Source: an uncultured bacterium
GTDB lineage: Bacteria > Hydrothermota > UBA3073 > NMUJ01
Reading direction: 5' to 3'
Assembly: GCA_965612795.1 (NCBI GenBank)
Contig: CBFDTI010000014.1
Location: forward strand, 1-22,456
DNA: 22,456 bases
The notes under the pieces were generated by a model. That model worked only from the letters and a program-made list of their open reading frames with translations, had not been told where the DNA came from and did no database searches. Shown here piece by piece: positions 16,584 to 22,456 of the stretch (position 1 is the stretch's first letter; each line of letters begins with the position of its first letter). The translations under genes were made by a program, and so were the position numbers.

Positions 16584-17840
16584 ATGGAAAGGAATACGGC
16601 AAAAATATCTCCTACCGAGATGGTAAAAAAGCAATTAGAAAAGGCAGCAAAGATTATGAAACTTGATCCAAATTTGCTGGAAATATTAAAGCATCCCAAG
16701 CGAGTGGTTGAAGTGTCGATCCCTGTAAAAATGGATGATGGCTCAATAAAAGTATTCACAGGATACAGATGCCAGTATAATGATTTCAGGGGACCATTTA
16801 AAGGGGGTATACGATTTCATCCTGATGTAACAAAGGAGGAAGTTATAGCACTCGCTGCTTGGATGACTTGGAAATGTGCAGTAATAGATATTCCTTTTGG
16901 TGGAGGCAAAGGAGGGGTAAAATGTGACCCCACTAAGCTCTCTATAAGGGAATTGGAAAGATTAACAAGACGTTTCACATATGCTCTCATGCCGTTACTG
17001 GGGCCATCTATTGATATCCCTGCTCCTGATGTATTTACAGGTGAAAAAACCATGGCTTGGATTATGGACACTTTTAGCGTATTCCAGGGTCAAACAGAAC
17101 CTGGTGTTGTAACAGGCAAATCACGCACTATAGGGGGATCAGCAGGAAGGAGAGAAGCTACTGGCAGGGGAGTAGCCATCTGCACAAGGGAGATGATGAA
17201 ATTATACGGAGACGATATAGAAGGGAAAACTGTGGCAGTTCAGGGATTTGGTAATGTTGGTTCTTATGCCTCAAAATATTTAACTGAAATGGGTGCAAAA
17301 ATAATAGCTGTAACAGATATCACAGGTGGGGTATTTGATGAAAATGGGTTAGATATTGATGGTTTAATGGAATATGTGAAAGAAAAGAAAAGAGTAAAAG
17401 GATTCACAAAGAAATCGATAACAAATGAAGAATTATTCAAACTGGATGTCGATATAATAGTTCCTGCTGCCCTCGAATGCGTTATAACAGAAGAAAATAT
17501 GAAAGATATAAAAGCAAAATATATCTCCGAAGGTGCAAATGGTCCAACAACACCAGAGGCAGATGAATATCTTTACAATAATGGCAAAATAGTAATTCCT
17601 GATATTCTGGCAAATTCTGGGGGTGTGCTCGTAAGTTATTTCGAATGGGTGCAGGATAGAATGAGCTACTACTGGACTGAAGAAGAAGTTTTCACAAAGA
17701 TGGAAGAAAAATTGAAAAAAGCAGTAAAGGAAGTTTATGAAACAGCAAAGAAATACAACATAGATCTAAGGACAGGTGCATATATACTTGCAATAAAAAG
17801 GGTGGCAGATGCATATTATGAAAGAGGTCTATTTCCATAA
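16584..17840 (+). CDS. gdhA: Glu/Leu/Phe/Val dehydrogenase, probably glutamate dehydrogenase
   Basis: GPFKGGIRFHP, MTWK, GGGKGG, DIPAPD, ATGRG, VQGFGNVG, EGANGPTT, PDILANSGGV motifs. ATG 16584 is preferred as start. Confidence 0.9.
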   Translation: MERNTAKISPTEMVKKQLEKAAKIMKLDPNLLEILKHPKRVVEVSIPVKMDDGSIKVFTGYRCQYNDFRGPFKGGIRFHPDVTKEEVIALAAWMTWKCAVIDIPFGGGKGGVKCDPTKLSIRELERLTRRFTYALMPLLGPSIDIPAPDVFTGEKTMAWIMDTFSVFQGQTEPGVVTGKSRTIGGSAGRREATGRGVAICTREMMKLYGDDIEGKTVAVQGFGNVGSYASKYLTEMGAKIIAVTDITGGVFDENGLDIDGLMEYVKEKKRVKGFTKKSITNEELFKLDVDIIVPAALECVITEENMKDIKAKYISEGANGPTTPEADEYLYNNGKIVIPDILANSGGVLVSYFEWVQDRMSYYWTEEEVFTKMEEKLKKAVKEVYETAKKYNIDLRTGAYILAIKRVADAYYERGLFP

Positions 17841-17935
17841 ACTTTCTTCGTTTGATTCACCTGAAAAAATTGCACAGGCGATAAATAGAAAAATAACACC
17901 TATTAAAAAATTCGAAGTAGAATTCTATTATCCAG

Positions 17936-18348
17936 TTGAAAAAATCCAGCAGAAGTAACTTAGTCAAAATATATATTAGTCTCATTATAGCCCTCGCTAT
18001 CTTAGCAGCGATTAATGTTTTCTTACCCCAAGGTTCTTTCCTACTAATTTTGCCAGCAAAAGAACTTCCAGCTTCCAAACCAGTACTTGCCTTTGTGAGT
18101 GCAGTCATTATGCTCATCCTTTATGGTGGCTTAGGCTTTATTGGATTAAAGCTTTCACAAAAACTCGGCTTTGCCGATATCTGGGATTCAAGAGTTACGA
18201 ATAAACAGAGGTTTTTGATTCCCGCACCTGTTGGGATAGCTATTGTGTTTTTCATCTTCGTTACTTCAGGAAGTTTGGATTTCTTGCTGCAGTTAGCATA
18301 CACTTCTGGACAGATGTTATATGGCATGTCATCTGGAGGATGATTTAG
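17936..18348 (+). pseudogene. CPBP (CAAX protease/Abi) family intramembrane metalloprotease, internally deleted
   Basis: N-terminal transmembrane region in one frame. From 18262 a second frame reads YFRKFGFLAAVSIHFWTDVIWHVIWRMI* (CPBP terminal HxxxD motif). The central EExxxR and FxxxH motifs are missing. Confidence 0.7.
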
Positions 18349-18350
18349 TT

Positions 18351-18803
18351 ATGCCACTTCATATAACACAGTATAAAAGGTTTGCTTTTACGCCGGGAAT
18401 CGCTTTGATTTTGTTGCTAATTGTACTATTTCTCGTAGCTGGATGCTTTCATAAAACCGATCAATGTGTAAATTGGGAGAATGGATTCGAAGATGTGGAA
18501 AATTTTAGGAAAGCGACACCCGAAGGGCTGAGGGAGGCTGTTGAGGATTGCATTCTACACGGAGATTGTTGGATCGAGGAGGAAAACTGGTTGGAGGTGG
18601 GACCCACAGATACGGCACGAAATTACGAACTCGCCCCAGATATGGCGGATGCAAGTGTAACCCCTGAGATAGCTCATATTACAATCCCGCCTATAAAGGA
18701 TATAGAGCCTTTAATTTCTATGCTGGGTTGGTTAGCTTCAATGATAGAAGAGGTCAAGAAGTATATCTTGACAATTTCTATGCAAGGGAAATTGAATAAA
18801 TGA
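18351..18803 (+). CDS. Hypothetical lipoprotein-like protein, true start uncertain
   Basis: Hydrophobic stretch ending in lipobox-like LVAGC. No recognised domain. Confidence 0.45.
   Translation: MPLHITQYKRFAFTPGIALILLLIVLFLVAGCFHKTDQCVNWENGFEDVENFRKATPEGLREAVEDCILHGDCWIEEENWLEVGPTDTARNYELAPDMADASVTPEIAHITIPPIKDIEPLISMLGWLASMIEEVKKYILTISMQGKLNK
18355..18367 (+). other. attC left-end remnant
   Basis: CACTTCATATAAC is identical to 14191-14203 and lies 6 nt after the CPBP stop. The rest of the site is absent. Confidence 0.6.
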
Positions 18804-18804
18804 G

Positions 18805-19346
18805 ATGAAAAGCAGCATTACCTCTTCAGTTATGTTGCTGGTGTTTTTCATATTCGAAGGCTGCTTATACTTTAATGAAAGTAACCAGAGCATAGACTGG
18901 AATCTGTTAAAAGAAGATGGATTTGAATATGAGAAAGTATTCGATTTTCCAGAAAATTGGCAAGACCAAACTGCACACCCTAAGTAGTAGCTCCAGATTT
19001 TACCCATTAGTATATTGCCATAGTGGGTTTCAACCGTAAAGGGCTTATCAAGTATGGAACAAGTTACGGGGTAACCGGAGGTAAATAAACTATGAATCTT
19101 TAGATGGCGGATTCGTTATCGATTGCAACAAATGGTATAAAGCAGGGCTATCCGCAGATTTCAGCAAATTCGGGGTATGGTGGGATGGAAATTCCCGCTT
19201 ACAGTTTGGACTGATTATATGGTATATGCTTCTCGTTTGGAGCTTGCTATTTTGGTATCTCAAATTATTTAAATTACGAAGCAGCAGCTTATTTCGATGA
19301 AGCAAAAATCTACGTGGGGAAAAGAAATGATCCGCATTTCACCTAA
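18805..19346 (+). pseudogene. Fragmented exported/lipoprotein-like gene
   Basis: Signal-like MKSSITSSVMLLVFFIFEGC, stop at 18987. Protein-like pieces continue in other frames and end AAAYFDEAKIYVGKRNDPHFT*, where the stop overlaps an attC-like ACCTAAC (19341-19347). Confidence 0.4.
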
Positions 19347-19370
19347 CGAGGACGTACTGCGAGGAATAGA

Positions 19371-20114
19371 ATGGAGCCAATAACACAAATGTTGATATAT
19401 CTCTTCATAGGTCTTTTTGCCGGATTTATGAGTGGTATGTTTGGAATAGGAGGAGGATCTGTAAGGACGCCGCTCCTTTACGTGGCCGGGTTGCCTTTAC
19501 TAAGTGCTTTTGGAATAAATCTAGTGGTTATACCTTTCTCCTCGCTTATTGGCGCTATAAGTCACAGAAAGAATATAGACTGGAAAATTGCCCGATATGT
19601 AATAATTGGCGGGATAATGGGTACTTTGGCAGGTGCATTTTTAACAGGAATTATGCCAACTTTAACTTTAGCGATTATCTTTGTTATTGTTTCCATAGTA
19701 ACAGTATTTGGGATTTATTTCGATAAGATTTTCCCGGAAATTGCTCAAAAAATTAATCCAAATGCAAAGATTGTCATTTTAGGGACATTCTTTCTCAACT
19801 TCCTAACAATTCTACGTGGAGGTAGTGGTGGCAGTTTATTTCCCCCTTTCCTAAAAATGATAGGCCTTAATATTCGAAAAGCAATAGCCACATCACTGTT
19901 TGCGACCATCTTCACAGCAACTGCAGGAGCGATTGTGTTTTGGTCTCGTGGCAATGTACCATTTCTCCCCGCTGTAATGGTAGTTGCAGGTTCAATAATC
20001 GGAGCCCGAATAGGTAGTTTAACGTCTTTGAAGACAAAGCCAATGTGGTTAGAAATTGGACTTTCATTATTCATTGTGATTCTTGCTATAATTGTGCTGG
20101 TTAAAGCAATATAA
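19371..20114 (+). CDS. Sulfite exporter TauE/SafE family membrane protein
   Basis: GLFAGFMSGMFGIGGG..P, second repeat GGSGGSLFPP..AIATSL, multiple transmembrane helices. Confidence 0.9.
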   Translation: MEPITQMLIYLFIGLFAGFMSGMFGIGGGSVRTPLLYVAGLPLLSAFGINLVVIPFSSLIGAISHRKNIDWKIARYVIIGGIMGTLAGAFLTGIMPTLTLAIIFVIVSIVTVFGIYFDKIFPEIAQKINPNAKIVILGTFFLNFLTILRGGSGGSLFPPFLKMIGLNIRKAIATSLFATIFTATAGAIVFWSRGNVPFLPAVMVVAGSIIGARIGSLTSLKTKPMWLEIGLSLFIVILAIIVLVKAI

Positions 20115-20156
20115 TAACTGAATATTTTTGCTCACAAACTCTGCAACAACTTCATT

Positions 20157-20211
20157 GCTTCACCTAAATTACCTTTGGTATCTCCTTTTATCACAAAAGT
20201 TGTACGATATT
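20157..20211 (+). other. Degenerate attC right half
   Basis: GCTTCACCTAAATT-ACCtttGGT...CAAAAGTTGTACGATATT mirrors the attC1 scaffold. GTTGTACGATATT is 11/13 identical to GTTGTGCGAAATT (15014-15026). Confidence 0.5.
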
Positions 20212-20260
20212 CCGACTTCGTTGCTGGGAAAGGAGCTAAGAAAAAGTCAATAGTGTTAAG

Positions 20261-20863
20261 ATGAAAAACAAAAAGGAAATAGCAAAATCGATCTATGATG
20301 GATTGAGAAAAGGAGATATTGAATCAACCCTATCTTTAATCTCAGAGGAACTTAAAGAGGAGAAAACCGGTAAGCTTAAAATTACCAAAACCCCCTTACT
20401 TAACTCAATAGGGCAAGAATTGGGCAAATTACTGATTGAGGAGAGCTGGAAATTTGAAAGATTATTGGAATTATGGGAAAGAGGTAAAAGAGACGAAAGA
20501 TTAATTGTAATAAGTGCCTTAGAGAAGGTAAGCAAGAAGGATTATGAGAACTCAAAACAATTTGTTTTTGAGATCCTCGACGATATCGCGGATTGGGAAA
20601 TTTGCGACCAATTAGCTTTAAGGGTGATTGTAAATTTAGCAGTCCAGAATCAAAAAGAGACATTTTCTTTGATGGAACGATGGATAAACTCCGAGAATAA
20701 ATGGTCGAGAAGATTGGCAGTAGCAACAAATCCCACCTTACATAAGGGCGAGAGAAACAGAATCAAAAGTTTGCCTCCAGTTTTTAGATAAGACGATGCG
20801 CGAGAAGGATGGAGATGTCAAAAAGCAATCAGCTGGGCTTTAAGAGAGGTTACGAGGAAAGAT
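20261..20863 (+). pseudogene. DNA alkylation repair protein (AlkD-like HEAT repeat), frameshifted and truncated
   Basis: IADWEICDQLA and W..SENKWSRRLAV motifs. An extra A at 20728-20730 hides IPPYIRARETESKVCLQFLDKTMREKDGDV, and a missing A at 20820-20824 hides KKAISWALREVTRKD. Confidence 0.8.
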
Positions 20864-21070
20864 ATGGAATTAAAAATAGGATTATCTAATGGTGACCTCG
20901 GAGGAAACGCTTCGTCGCTTCACTCCTCGTACTCACCTCGTTTATGTATGTTAACAGCGGTATGCAGGTCGCTTCAAACAAAATAAAAGGAGAAAAAAAC
21001 TATTGCCACGGTGATAAATTAAACGAAGCGATTCCGTAGAGAATTCCACTTCGTAGGTGGATAGTGACAG

Positions 21071-21182
21071 CTATAGCATCAACATCGGGGTTTTGCATAA
21101 CACCCAAGAAATGGCGTGCATAGGAGGAGAGTGACTCCACGTAGCGACGTTGTGCCTCAGCATAGAGGGTATCGAAGGCGAG
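21071..21182 (-). pseudogene. uvrA: uvrA fragment (direct repeat copy 2)
   Basis: Encodes [37 protein letters not shown]; 106/112 identical to 13211-13322. Confidence 0.9.
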
Positions 21183-21208
21183 CTCCTTAAGCATTAAATT
21201 GAGGAGCT
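21181..21208 (-). terminator. Hairpin downstream of mscS, possible terminator
   Basis: AGCTCCTTAA-gcattaaa-TTGAGGAGCT (9/10 stem), abutting the uvrA fragment. Confidence 0.4.
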
Positions 21209-21230
21209 AACCCGAAGTTAGGTCATATGA

Positions 21231-22262
21231 TCATGAACCTGGCTGTGCTTTATCCTTTGGAGTACATTCCAGATACACCGTAGTAATAGGAAACGGTATT
21301 GTGATACCAGCTTCACGGAATTTAGTGTCGATAAGCGAGTTGATCTCATCCACAACATCCCATTGGTAACGGGGTTCTTTCACCCATACTATTAACCTGA
21401 AGTTGAGCGCAAAGTCTGCAAACTTCATAAAGTACACTTGTGGAGAGGGTTCATCTAAGACATACTGGGCGTCACGTGCACATTCAAGCAGAACTTGTTT
21501 GACTTTGACTATATCGCTACCATATGCGACACCTATATCTATGAATACCTTCATCGGTGGCATAGGTAATGTGAAGTTAATTAACTCCGAAGATGCTATT
21601 TTGGAATTCGGTATCACCACAATCCGTTCTTCGAGTGTTTTTATCTTTGTAGTCCTTAACCCAATATCTATCACATCACCTAAAAAGTCACCTACTTGTA
21701 TTCTATCGCCGATAATAAATGGCCTATCTGCAAGTATGAAGAAGCCCGCAATTATATTAGCGAGTACATCTCTTGCTGCAAATGCAAACGCTAACCCGGT
21801 GATACCCACCCCAGCAACCAACCCTTTGATATCATAGCCTGCCACCCTCACGATACCAGCCATACCAGCGATCACGACAATGAATTTGGTAATACGGCCA
21901 CTGAACGTCACCACTGCTTCATAGAGGCGCGATTCTACACGTCCTACTAACCTACTGCGTAGGATTGAGAAGATCACATCTACAATCTGATACATAAGGT
22001 AAGTGCCGACAATCACGAAGGCTATCTTAAACCCTTTATCGATTGTTTGCATAAACGGTAGCTTGAAATACAACACTATGATATAAAGTGTAACCAAAAA
22101 CAGTAGCAGGAGTAACGGTTTTTCTATCTTCAGGATAGCACGGACAACTTTTGCACCTCTGGTGAAGCCTTTTACATACATACGTATGAGCAAACTCAGT
22201 ATTATACCTAATACAATAGTAGAGCTACAGATAATAATTAACCGCATATCAATTAATTTCAT
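21231..22262 (-). CDS. mscS: Small-conductance mechanosensitive channel (MscS family)
   Basis: GLAFAFAARDVLANIIAG, DRPFIIGDRI, GDVIDIGLRTTKI, IPNS, IGVAYGSD, GITIPFP motifs. Confidence 0.93.
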   Translation of the reverse strand: MKLIDMRLIIICSSTIVLGIILSLLIRMYVKGFTRGAKVVRAILKIEKPLLLLLFLVTLYIIVLYFKLPFMQTIDKGFKIAFVIVGTYLMYQIVDVIFSILRSRLVGRVESRLYEAVVTFSGRITKFIVVIAGMAGIVRVAGYDIKGLVAGVGITGLAFAFAARDVLANIIAGFFILADRPFIIGDRIQVGDFLGDVIDIGLRTTKIKTLEERIVVIPNSKIASSELINFTLPMPPMKVFIDIGVAYGSDIVKVKQVLLECARDAQYVLDEPSPQVYFMKFADFALNFRLIVWVKEPRYQWDVVDEINSLIDTKFREAGITIPFPITTVYLECTPKDKAQPGS

Positions 22263-22339
22263 CACACTTTAATACTACTACTTAACCCCTAACGTCAACT
22301 TAAATGTTGACTTTTATGTAAATTTCGTATTTTACCCAT

Positions 22340-22456
22340 ATGGTTATTGTGAGCGCATGTTTGGTAGGCTTAAATACAAGGTATGATGGTACCAACGCAT
22401 CACGTGACACCATAGTGGCAATGTTACGCAATGGTGAAGCCATCCCCCTATGTCCA
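22340..22456 (+). CDS. DUF523/YbbK (TudS, thiouracil desulfidase-like) family protein, 5' part only
   Basis: Not in the ORF track. MVIVSACLVGLNTRYDG...GEAIPLCP matches the DUF523 SACLxGxxxRYDG...PxCPE signature and runs off the window. Confidence 0.85.
   Translation, partial: MVIVSACLVGLNTRYDGTNASRDTIVAMLRNGEAIPLCP

Larger units (their letters stand above)
13629..21000 (+). mobile_element. Integron-type gene cassette array lacking an adjacent integrase (CALIN-like), decaying distally
   Basis: Co-oriented short, unrelated, A/T-rich genes separated by attC sites or remnants. A toxin-antitoxin cassette is present. No tyrosine recombinase in the window. The right boundary is approximate. Confidence 0.75.

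Noticed and set aside
20884..20956. Further degenerate attC (ATCTAAT...TCGCTTCACTCCTCG...GTTAACA)
   Set aside because: The arms do not pair convincingly; too weak to list as a feature.
21000..21194. 64-aa ORF as a functional mini-UvrA
   Set aside because: Only 37 codons match uvrA and the Walker A is absent; better explained as a recombination scar.
13446..21230. Integrase, transposase or tRNA associated with the island
   Set aside because: No tyrosine/serine recombinase or DDE motifs in the ORFs, and no tRNA-like sequence seen.

Overview
Bacterial chromosomal window. Two proteins with T9SS-type C-terminal sorting domains suggest an FCB-related lineage such as WOR-3; this is inference only. 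The left part (1-13445) is backbone: adenine deaminase, two T9SS cargo genes (one a transglutaminase-like enzyme), a Qng1/DUF2419 queuosine-salvage hydrolase, an internally deleted MNT remnant, a beta-propeller/transglutaminase protein, a DedA/VTT protein and uvrA. From ~13.5 to ~21.1 kb is a visibly more A/T-rich island whose genes all lie on the + strand and which looks like an integron gene-cassette array with no integrase in the window. It has a Pc-like promoter and an attI-like site back-to-back with uvrA, two well-formed attC sites (14197-14284, 14939-15020), then increasingly degenerate attC remnants and pseudogenes. Cargo: DUF3795, MNT-HEPN with an inactivated toxin, a methyltransferase, TrmO, a Glu dehydrogenase, a CPBP remnant, lipoproteins, TauE and an AlkD-like remnant. 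The island is bracketed by a 112-bp direct repeat of uvrA coding sequence (13211-13322 and 21071-21182). Five of its six differences are synonymous, which suggests integration into uvrA. The right end carries mscS and the start of a DUF523/TudS-family gene.
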